A DNA stretch of 64,000 nucleotides from assembly GCF_048264025.1 (NCBI RefSeq), contig NZ_JBLXDN010000004.1:30026-94025 (forward strand). Reading direction: 5' to 3'. The first letter of the stretch is position 1. The number at the start of each line of letters is the position of its first letter. The notes under the pieces are model-generated. The model was not told the DNA's origin. It saw only the letters and a list, made by a program, of their open reading frames with translations, and did no database searches. Made by a program: the position numbers and the translations under genes. Below are positions 7,801 to 19,800 of the stretch, in pieces. This DNA comes from Nitrincola sp. Its GTDB lineage: Bacteria > Pseudomonadota > Gammaproteobacteria > Pseudomonadales > Balneatricaceae.

Positions 7801-10800
7801 ACAGCGCTGGTACCGGTGGCGGCAGTCACTGAGCTGATCAAAGGCGGCCTGTTACAAGCAGGTCGCTATAGCAACGCTCAGCAGCAGGTCAGGTTGCACA
7901 CCAGCGGGGGCGATTTCCGTATCCGTGTTGGGGATGGCAGTTGGTCTGCAGAGGTCTCCAGTTATAGCAGTGCGGCAGAATTGCAGCGTGTATTGGAGAA
8001 TCTGCCGGAGATTGGCAAGGGTAATGTGCAGGTCACAGGGGACGCACGTAACTGGCAGGTTACTTTTGTCGGTGCATTGTCGGGTCAGGAGGTCGCACCG
8101 CTGGAAGTGGAATTTGCTGCCAATGCCAAGGCCGGTGGTTTGTTAGAAGTCTCCGCACAGGATCTGGACCGCGTCGATGGGCTCACCTACGGGCGCCTGG
8201 TGATCTCTCAAACACAGCCAGGTACGTTTGAGAAATTGAATATTGCACCATCTGTAGGGATTCAATTTAGCGAAGAACAGGCCGCGGCATTTGATGTCGA
8301 TGAAGATACACCGGTGCAACCAGCGGTGTATCAGTTGCAGTTGATTCATGCGGCCGGTGGTAGTTTCAGCGTTAATTTCAGCTATGACGGACAGTCATTT
8401 GAGACTGAGACGATCAGTCTGGAGGGCGAGGGAACCTGGAGCGATCGGATTGCATTGGCCTTGAATAAGGCGATTAACGATGCCTACCGTGAGGATAATG
8501 CGGGGCATGTAGATCAGGAATATCTCACAGTAGAACTGGCTCCCTTGGGCACTACCAATGACGGTATCCAGTCATTCTATATTGCAGCGAATATTCTGGA
8601 GGTCAGCGCCGGAAAAACCTTGAGCGGCTTCTCGGCTGATATTACTGAGCTCCGTTCTCAACCCGGTGTACAGGTGTTCGTGACTACCCTACAAGAGGGT
8701 CGCGTGGGTACCTCTGCGGAAGGGCGGTTGGGTGAAGTTCAGCGTCTGACCTTGGCGAATGTTGCCGGTGGCAGTCTGCAGATGCTATTGAATCTGGCTG
8801 ATGAAGCACTGGAATCTGATGTCCTGAGTCTTACCACATCGGGTGAGTTGAAAACGGCCAATCAATTAGCGGCCGATCTTGCTTCCACGCTCTATCAGAT
8901 GCTGATTAAGGTCTATGCCGACCTGGATCCAGCTGATATTCAGGTGTCAGTTGTCGCGGGTCAGGGCTATACCTTCGATATCCGTTTTACCGGTCAATTG
9001 TCCGGCCAGGATATAAATACCCTGTCAATCAATAAAACCAGCATAGTCTCAGCATCGGATTTTACCACCAGCTATGCCGATCTTACCTTGGCTGGTTTTC
9101 AGGCGGCAGGCGAGTCCATGCAGACTCATTCACAGCCGGGATTCACTGATTGGCACGTGTTGATGGACCGTTTCCAGCACGCAACCAACAGCCTGTTGAA
9201 TAACACCCTGACAACTGAATTTGCCGAGTTCAGTGTCAATCCTCGTTTTGATCTGGCCAGCCAAACACTCTGGCTGGACCTGTTCGTAGGCTCAGGTATC
9301 CAGATCGATGCAGTTCAGTTGCTATTGGATGCTGAAGCGGGTGGACTAGAGGGGTTCAGTGTCGATGCCTGGATGGATATTACTCATGAAACCTTTTTCA
9401 ATGGATCATTGGGCTTTGACCTGAGTCAGCCACAGGCTATTTCACTCCTGGCTGTGGGGCCTGTGGTGGGCTCTGTGACTGGAACTCAGGCTGATCCTGT
9501 GCTTAACAACCAAACGCTGTCGCTAGGATTTAATGTGGATGGACGCCAGTTTAATCTGGCTGACATACTGGCTGCTCAACCCACTGAAAATGGATTCGCC
9601 AGTGCGGCAGGCGCACAAGTATCGGTGACCTCGCAGACTGATTATATTAACAGCAGCGTCAATGCATTTATTCGTGTTAATGGCAGCGTGCTGGAAAACA
9701 GTGAAATCAGTGCCGTAGGCCGTGCGCCCGGCCTGGCGCTAAAGGTTGGTAGTGATGAGTATGTTAGTGTCATTAATGGGCTGGATGCTGGAGCAACCAT
9801 TGAGGTCGTTATCCAGATCAATGGTGTTGAGCGGTCGTTATTAGTTGATTCGACTATCACTGCCAATGCTCTCAGAGACAGCATCAATAGTGCCTTTAAT
9901 AGTGCATTTGACGCCACCCTGAACGGTGATCGGCTGGTGTCCATTCTGAATGCGGAGCTGGCCGCAATTGCCGGCACTGGACCTCTGTCAGGCTATGATA
10001 ATCTGGCTGGTGCACTGTATTTCGAGTTGACTGCAGAAGGGCAGTTGCAACTCCGCACCTTTGCCGCGGTTAACCAGATTATTCTGACACAGCCGAATAC
10101 GGCGGAGGGTGTTGTTGGACTGGAGGCTCTAGGAATCCAAATGGGTGTTGAGAACGCCATCCGACCCGCACCTGATTCTAACTATACACTCCCGTCTGAT
10201 GGACGACTGACAGAAGATGCTGCATTCCAGCTGCGCCTCGATAATGCCACAGCTATTGATATTACCCTTCCAGCTTCACTGACGGTTGATAACACTTCGT
10301 TGGCAGATCTGATGGCGGATATTCAGCAGGTACTGAATTCAATTGATATTTCGGCACATGCTTATCTGGGTACGCTAGACGGCGGGTTGGGCTATACCCA
10401 CCTGGGTCAGTTGATCCGCGCAAATTTGCTTTCCACTGAAATCAATACCGGGCTGGACCTCAGCTTTGGAAACGAAGCAGACGCTGATCAGGATATAGAA
10501 CATAGCTACTACCTGGAGCTGCAGGTTCTTGGCAATAAAATTGCGCGTGCCCAGATTGAGATGGCGGATGAGGGCAATATTGGTAACCGTGAACTCGGTC
10601 TGACGGCCAGACAATCGGTAAAAACAGCCGCTGTTTCGATGCAACTGCAAAATGCCATGATAGGTGGCCAGCTCAGTGCCGCAATGCAGGCCGGTGGTTC
10701 GGCTTCGGGTCAGCAAGGGTTGCTGGAGCTGCTTTTTGGCGATATCCAGATTGCCGATGGCGCCTATCAGGGTGCATTTGCGTACTATCTGGTTGATACC

Positions 10801-13800
10801 CTCAACAGCAACGACACCAGCCTGGATTTTAATGCCGCCCTCGACAGTGTGCTGGTACAGGGTGCACAGCTGGGGTTGACGGCAGATACCCAGGTTCGCG
10901 ATGAGACTACATTGCTCCTTACTCCGTTCAACCAGCAGGGTCAGACGGTACATGATGTTGGTCTGACGATCAGTTTCGATGCTTTTACACTGGGTAATCA
11001 GGCCTATGAGGCCTTTGATTTGGCCGTAGTACTACGCCAGTTGGCAACACAGAATAACACCTCGGTTGCTGATCTGGCGGCCGATCTGAATGCCGCTATT
11101 CATGCAGCGCTGAGTGCACATTTTGAAGGGGAGACAAACCCTTTTGATGGTCATGTGTTTGTGGTCGTTGATGATACCGGGCGCTTTGAAAAATTGCGTT
11201 TTGTGACTCTTGCACATGGTGAGGGTGCGACCCGAGTTGAACAGCAAAAAGTTCAGATGACACTGCGCAATCGGTTATTGCTGGATGAGTACAGTGCGGA
11301 GGGGTTGGTCTGGTCGGAGTCGACACAGGCGGCAATCACTCTGGGTGCTATTCAGGTCGGTTTACCCGAAGGGTTCAAGGATCAGTTCGGTAATACCCTG
11401 AGTGCTCCTGATATTAGCGAGTCATTGGTGCTGAATTTAGCGAACGCCGCTGAGGTCTTGAGTCTACCGGATATTCTGGCTGACATTGATGGCGATCTGC
11501 CTGATTTTGGACTCTATCAAGGCCTGGCTGAGCAGAGCTGGGCTGGGGTGCTGGATGACCTGACGCAACTGGCCTCTTTGTTGGGTAATCTGGCGAACAT
11601 GAGCGAATTAAGCTTGTTTGGTCAGAAATTACCGGTACTGAACAAGTCATTGCACGAGTTACTTAATCTTCAAGGTCACTTCAACCAGGTTTATGACGAG
11701 CTGAGTCAGATAGATCAGGCCAGCTTTCGTTCGTTACAGACCTTGCTGGAGTCAGCCTTTGGCCTGGAAGCCAATACGATTGACTACTACCTGGATACAG
11801 ACCGCCAAGCGCTGGTAATCAATATCCCCTTTACGCTGGCGTTTGAATCACTGGAGCAGTTCAATCTGCTGCTGGCTGACGCACGGCTTATGCAGATGTT
11901 TTCGGCTGCAGATCAAACTTTATTAAAAGAGTTGCTCGGTCCTACCCTGAGTATTACCGATGCAAATCAGGAAAGTTTGTTGCGCTTGTTCCGTGAAGTA
12001 ACCTTCAATCTGGAATTAGGGCTGGATCTGGCGCGGGAAGACGAGGGGCAGCCTAATTCTAATCTTGGGCGCTTGTTCCTGTTTAATGCGCGAGACCAGG
12101 GCGGAACGTCGATGCAGTTCCGGCTGTTCAATGATACCGATCAGACGCTGAATTTCACCTCGCCCGTTACGCTATATGAATTGCAGGTTGATGGTGGCAA
12201 GGTCGAGCTGGACCTGGAGGGCGGCTATCAGCTAAACAGCGATGGTGGTCGTCTCTATTTGGGTGAATATGCTGCGCATATCGTTGCCTCCATGTTACCC
12301 GTGCAGGTACAAGCCACGGATGAAAATGGTCAACCACTGTTTGAAGACGATGGCACGACGCCGGTGATGGTGAGTTCAGCCAATACAGATGCCAGCAATG
12401 CTGTCAAAGCGATAAAACAGGGAGCCTTCGACCTGTCCTTGACTGGTGATATTGAAGTCAGCTTACCCCTGAGTATCGTGGTTTCCGACCATTTGGCAGA
12501 CCTTACCGCTGAAGAGTTACCGATATTTGTCAATCCTATGCCTATAGGCACGGCAGAAATTGCTATTCGGGATCTGAATAAACTGCTGAGTAAAATGCTG
12601 GGTGATAGTCTCAGTTTAGCCACCCAGGTGGCTGAAGCGGCCAGGCCGCCACTGGTGAACAATGGCGGTGGCGATTTGAACCAGGAGGGTGTGCCTGGTG
12701 ATACTCAGGACGAGTCTGATTTGCCCGGTGTGGATCTGACTCCGGATAACCCGCTGACCGGTGGCGAAGGTCAATATACCCAGCCCAGTGATGATATTCA
12801 GGTGCCGGTCTTTTCTGCACCTGAGATACAACCTGGCAGTGACGGGTTTGATCTGAGTCTGATACTGCCTAACCTCGGTGGATGGCAGGAGACCTTCCTT
12901 CAGGTGCTACAGAATGCCGGTCTGGGTGAAGATTTTTGTGATCCAGATGGTGTCAGACTGAAAAGTGCCCCCTTACTTTTCTTGTTGAGTGATCCGGCTT
13001 TTGTGGTGGAAACGCTAGATACGGTATTGAGTGCTTTCCAGAGTGTGATCGACACCCTGACATCCGGCGTGGTTGGGCCAATCATCGGTGCTGAAGCCTT
13101 GCAGGAAATGACCCAGTTTGTTGCCGGTCTTCGCGAAGGCTTTATCAGCAGTTTAACTAATGCGTTGAACTCGGTAATTTTCAATTATGGCAGTCTCGAC
13201 AATGCACTGCGCATGGTGCTCTTTGATCTGCTCTACCATCCGGATAATCCATATCTGAACTTCCTGCGCGATTACAATGGCGACGGCATCATTACCCCAG
13301 ATGATATTGTGCTTGAGTACGTAGCCCAGGATGCCGACCAGTACACCTTTGTGAATATCCCTGAGCTGACAACGCTACTTGAAGCTGAACAGCTTTGGGC
13401 AATTCGTAACCTGACTGAGGGCGGACAACGTACTGGGTGGGTGGCATCAGGTGAGCGACTGCAACAGGCTGATGCTGATGGAAATCTGGTATTCCGTGAC
13501 GCTACCGGTAACGCTTATATTCGCATGCCCCAGTTGGATGAGATGGACCAGCAGCGCGAGGATGAAGACGGTAATTTGCTGTTTGAATACTATGCCGCTG
13601 TGCGTGTCAATGTAGCTTCCGAAGGTGAAACACCCGTCTACGAAATCCAGCCGGTCGTAGGTGCCGAGGCTGTTGAATTAGATGCAGACAAGCTCAAACC
13701 CTGCTATTTGGGAATTGCTGGTCAGGTGATTGTTGATCTGACTTATCAGGATTTGTTTGGCGGATTCTGGTATCGCGAGAATATGTCCGGTGACCCAGAC

Positions 13801-16800
13801 TTCCTGACTGATGATCAGGCCGAAGCGATCGATGCCTTCCTGGCATCAGATGCGTTTCTGAGTCAGTTCCCTGGCTGGGACGGTGAGTTGACGGCTGATG
13901 TCATTGAGGTGATCCGTGAAGAGTTTATTAATGACTCCGACCTGCGCGAACTGAAATTTGTCAGCTACTCAGACGAGCAGGTGAACGCCTCCAAACAACT
14001 GGTGTTTGCGCAGAGCAGCGCTGTCCAGTTCCGCATGAACTTGGGTCAAACCATCGAGTTACCCGATGCGTCAGTGGCCTTTGATGTCGGCGTGCCTGGC
14101 CTGAACCTGGAGATAGACGGCGGATTGGCTGTTAATCTGGACTGGGATTTTTTCCTTGGGTTTGGTCTGGATGTCAATCAGGGTTTTTATCTGGTGGCAA
14201 ATATGCCAGGCCATGCAGGTATCGGCCAGGTAACTGAATTTGCTGAAGACAGTCAGGAGTTGTATGGCAAAGCCTGGGTAGCTACCGGTTTTGCTGATGC
14301 AGGTATTTTGCGTGATTCAGCCGGTTTTCCTGTGGATGCCGATGGTAACCGCATTCTCAACGATGAGGGCTATCCTCTCACTGTTGAGGAGGAGGCCCTC
14401 TATGCAGATCAACTCGTGTCGATGGATGAAGCTATCAGCAATCTCTGGTCATTGGATGATGGTGTTGAAGTATCTGAGATACAGTTCCAGATTAGCGCCT
14501 TTCTGGCACCTTCACCGAATGAGACTAATTTCTATGAGCAGCGTGTAGTTGAAGAATATTTCAATCTTGAAACCAAGCAGATTGAGAAGCGCTTCGTCAA
14601 GAACGGTAGTGAATATGTTTATGAAGTAGTTTACACCGACCAGCCCAAACTGGATGCTGAAGGCAATACACTCTATGAGCTGGCCTGGGAATATGAAACC
14701 GAGGTGGTGGATGGTCGTGAACAGATAAAATACGAAGCCTTGCTCAGTGCGGCCGGTCATTTTGTCTACCGTCGTCAGACTGGAAATGGGCAATACGAGT
14801 ATAAAGAAGAAAGCAGCCGTCTTACCAATACTGGTGGCTGGGAGCTGATGCTGCAAACGGACCGCTTCGGTGATCCGATTCCGATCTATACACTGGATGG
14901 CGGTGGTCAGCGTATCGCCGTGATGGTGGATGGCGAACAGGCATTAATGACTGATCGTTTTGGTCGCTATGTGCCTCAATATAAAGAATTGCGTGCTCCG
15001 GCGAGTCTGCAAGCCGAATTGCTGTTTATGAATGGCACCATCACGGATAATTATTCAGGCTGGATTAAAGATAATGAAGGTCGTGTCTGGGGTGATCGTG
15101 AAGCCTGGCAGGATGACACCTTTGGTACCATCTGGTACGACGATCAGTCCAACTTTGATGCCTGGGGTGTCAGCGACACGCTGTTTGATGGCAAGACCGG
15201 CTATGAAGGTTCCAGAACGCAGTTCCTGGCCAGATTTGAAATAGATCTTACCGATAATGCATCACTCGGCTTCAGCTCAGGAGACACTCTGGGATTGGAT
15301 GAAGGTGTGGCTGGGGAAGTGGACGATATACTCGATGGCACCTTTGGTGGCAGCGATGGTCGTCTGACATACAATGTGTTGACCACCAATGACCTGGGTG
15401 ATCTGTTTGAGACACATTGGGAAGCCTATGCACAGATTAACCTGCAGATGCAGCTTGGTGTGGGTTTTGGTGATGCGATTCAACCGGACCTGTTGCCGGC
15501 CATCGAGGGTAACTTCCAGCTTACCTGGTCAGCGGAGAAAGAAGACCCAGATCAGCCGGAATGGCAGCAGTGGATGGATCGTTTTGAGGAATTGACCTCC
15601 AGCGACTACTACTCCCTGTTTGCCGATCAGCCGGGTGTATGGATGACTGATATCGCGTTGGATATGGGGACTTTCTTCTCCAACTTCCTGGAGCCAGTGA
15701 TCGATGTGATTTCAGTGGTTACAGATCCGTTTGCACCAGTCATTGAGCAACTGACCAAGCCGATACCCGGTATTTCTGACCTGATGCGTAAGAACTACTC
15801 GCTGGTGGATATGGCGGTAGACTTCTCCAAAATCAGCGGTGGCAATGCCAAAATAGATTTTATTGTCTCGCTGATCAGCCTGTTTGATACCATCAACAGC
15901 CTCAAAGCCGTGATTGATGCCGGTGGTTCGACAGTCAAGCTGCCGGTGTTTGATGTGTTGTTACTGGCAGGCAATAGTCATTCAGAGTTTGCTCTGGATA
16001 ATGTCCTCAACTACATCGGTGACGTAGCAGATTTCAGTGCCGTTGCCAAAGCGATCCCTGGCGAAACCACCATTTCGCTGGATCAAGGCATGAATGACTT
16101 CTTTGCTGCGCTGGAAAAACCTGCCAATGCGCTGCAGTTCCCGATTATCGATAATCCGGGTGATGCCGTACTGGGTCTGTTGTTTGGTAAACCGGTTGAC
16201 CTGGTAACTTATACTCCGGCTAATCTGGAAGTCGGTGTTGGCTTTCGCAAAAGCTTCCCTGTCTATCCACCGCTGTTTGTCGGTGTAGGGGGGGAGATCA
16301 AGCTGGAGGCTTTTATTACGCTGGGATTCGATACCTATGGTGTGATCAAGTTCCTCGACAGCAAGAATGTTGTGGATGTCATGGATGGATTCTACATCAG
16401 TGACAATATTGACTCCCGAGGGGTAGACCAGCCAGAAGTGATGCTGTCTGCACAACTGGTTGCCTTTGCCGAATTGAATGCAGTAGTCGCACGTGGTGGT
16501 GTGGAAGGAGGAATACGTTTTGAAGGTACGCTGGATCTGTGCGATCCGGACCAGGATGGCAAGGTGCGTGGTTCTGAAATCTACGCAATAATTGCTAAAA
16601 ATCCAGCCGCACTGGTTAGCTTAGATATGCGTGCCACTGCCTTTATCCGCGCTTATCTGGACGTTTTGGCACTGATCAAGTACGTTCGTGTGTGGGAATA
16701 TACCTTCATGGACGTGACGCTGTTTGAGTGGTCACTGGATCTTTGTAATCAGGATCCAGTTCTGGCTTCTATGGATGGTAGCGTGCTGGTGTTGAATACC

Positions 16801-19800
16801 GGTTCCGGTTTTGCGGGTGTCGATGGTTATCCGAAAATCAGTTTTGATGCTTCAGACCGCTTGCGTAAGAGCACCGAAGATGGTGATGAACATTACACTT
16901 TGAACCTGTCTGGTAGCAATATCGAAATAGTAGCGGTATTGCCGAATGGTCAGGAATACACCCAGACCTATCGTCGCTCCACCGCAGTACATGGCTTTAG
17001 TGGAGCCGGAACGGATGTGTTTGATGCGCGCGGTCTTGGCAATATCCCAGTCTATTTTGTCGCGGGTAGTGGTGATAACACCTTCTATGCCAGTAATGCT
17101 GCCAGCGGTAATGTGCTGATTGGTGGTACCCAGGGCATTGCGCGCCTTTACGGAGGCAGTGGTGAGGATATGCTCATTGCTCGGGGTGGGCAAACCGTCA
17201 TGGAAGGTAAGGCCGGGGATGATACCTACCGTTTCCTCAACGAGTGGGGCCGCGTCACTATCAGTGACAACCAAGGCCGTAATATTCTTGATTTCAGTGC
17301 TCAGAAACGCAGTGTGACCTTTGATGATGCAGCGTTGAATGCTGTGCAAGGACGCAATGTTGTGCAATGGCAGGCAAGCACCCAGATTAATCTGGTTAAA
17401 GGTGGTCAGGCCAATGACTGGCTGAACTTCGCCGGTAATGCCCAGAACCTGATGATTACTCTGACCGGGTTAAATGCCGGTTGGGTAACCAGCTCTACCA
17501 GTGGCATGGGGCAGTCCAATTTACCGGCCAATGGCACTCAGCAAGGTGCTGCTGAAACGTCTGGACAAGGCTTTACCTTTGTCGGTTTCGAAAATGTACT
17601 CGGCGGTAAAGGCAGCGACGTATTTCGAGTTCAGGCTGGGGCATCGGTTACAGGTAGTCTGCGTGGCGATACCGGCATGGATAACGTCAATGCCCGTAAC
17701 ACGATCGACTTCTCAGAGTTTACCCAAGGTGTTCAAGTTGATCAGACCGGCACCAGCCGTTTTTCTGGCACTGGTAATATCAGTATTCGTGGTTTCCACA
17801 ATATGTTTGGTGGTGCTGGCAATGATGTACTGATCGGCAACAGCTACAACAATCTGATTGTCGGCAATGGTGGCAGTGATAATCTCAGTGCCATTGGCGG
17901 ACATAATCTACTGATCGCTGATAGCTTTCGGACCTACCGCAATGGCGATAGCAGCGTGTCCGCTATTCAAGTGGGTGACTATACCAGCCTGCAACAGGCT
18001 GGGCTCGCTGGCGGTCATGGCAATGATGGTCGGATGTGGTTGTGGAAAGACAAGACCCTGGAGTCCATCGGTCTGGGCAATGGCAGCCAGGTACTGCGAG
18101 GTGCCGGAGGCAATGACATATTGATGGGATCATTGGGAAGTGATCGAATCCTTTCCGGGGAAGGTAATAATACCATTATGGCCGACCTTGGCCTGATTCG
18201 GGTGGATTTCAATTATAACCTGCCGCTCTATCTGGAAAGCTTCGGGGCAGCCGGTGGCGGCAATGACAGTATCTTCCTCGGCGGTGGTAACAATATTGTT
18301 ATAGCCGGGAATGGCAACGACAGTATTACTGCAGCCGATCGCCCGGAAAGCCTGAATATTATCCTGGGTGATAATGGTCGCATTGCCTTCAAAACTGACC
18401 AACGCACCTTTGCTGTGAATTCGCAGGGTTTTCGTATGCTGGACTATATTGAAGCCCCCGTGAATGAGATGGGGGGTGCCGGGGGTAACAATCTGATCCA
18501 GATGGGCAGTGGCTCGGCGATCATTTTCGGCGGAGCCGGTAATGATGTCATCAGTATGGCAGCATCCAGTTCTACGGCCCAGAATGTGCGTTTTATTGCC
18601 GGTGATCATGCCCGCATCGAAACGGATGGCAATGGCGGCGTGGTGCTGTTCAAAACGTTGGATATCGAAAACAGCAGCGGTGGTGATGACTTCATCCGTA
18701 TCGGTGATGGCGCTGATTCAGCACTGCGTCATCTAGGAAGTAATTTTATCCTCGGCGGCATGGGCTCAGACACGATTCTTATCTCGGCACATTATGATGA
18801 CAATGGGCAACTGATTCGTGGCCTGGCTCAGAGTGAAGATGTGATTATCGGAGATAATGGCGAAATTCGCTGGACAGTGTCCGGTAATGGTAAACCTAAT
18901 CTATTGCAGAGCGTTCGTACCCTTGAAGATGACAAGGGTGGCGATGATGTCATCATAACTGGCAATGCGGGTAAGGTGATTTTGGGTGGTTTTGGCTCTG
19001 ATGAGATCGCTGCACTGGACGGTATCAATATTGTCTTCGGTGACAATGCTGAACTGCAATATGACGCGGTTGCTGTCAATGGCGTGCTCCGTCTGGCGCA
19101 GTCGAAAAATGAAGTGCTGGGCGGTAACGACACCATTACGCTGGGTGAGGGTTATAAGCTGGTTAGCGGTGGTATCGGTGATGATGTGATTTCAATCGAT
19201 GCGCAAGGCACCCCAGAGGCCTTTGGTGTGGAGTGGGATACCGATGGCGGATTCCTTGCTGGTGTAACGGGGATCTCCGCTGTTATTGCCGGGTTTGGCG
19301 GGGTGTTAACAGTACCCGCTCAGGAAGCACGGGGCCGAACCGGTCGCTATATCGCCGGTGATAACCTGCGAGCCACCTTTGATCAGCGTGGCGGTTTAAC
19401 TAACCTGGCGACAACCGACCAGATCGCAGCGACCGGTGGTGATGATCAAATCACCACCGGTCGACAGAATACCAGTGCTTATTTGGGCCTAAACGTGGTG
19501 TTCGGTGGTATGGGGGGGGATCAGATTCTGGTGCAGTCTGGCAGTATGGCTGAGAACGTTATATTTGGTGATAACGGTCAGTATGATCGTCAGGCACTCA
19601 GCTATCAGATGCTGTCACTCACCAGTAGCATTCCCAACTCCGGTGGCAGTGACACAATACAGGTAGGATCTGGCGATAACATTCTGATCGGCGGCTTTGG
19701 CAATGATACTCTGCGCCTAGACTCTGATGATCAACATGCCTTGGTTGCGGCGCATTTCAACCGCAGCATTGTGCTGGGCGATTCAGGTGAAGTTGTCTAT

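Noticed and set aside
10375-10953. Long antisense or out-of-frame ORFs inside the giant and TpsA genes, e.g. 10375-10953(-), 16852-17367(-), 18130-18609(-), 4017-4496(-), 27799-28218(-), 23587-24114(-)
   Set aside because: All are fully embedded in strongly supported long ORFs. Their translations are low-complexity or Arg/Ser/Pro-rich shadow sequences without recognisable motifs.
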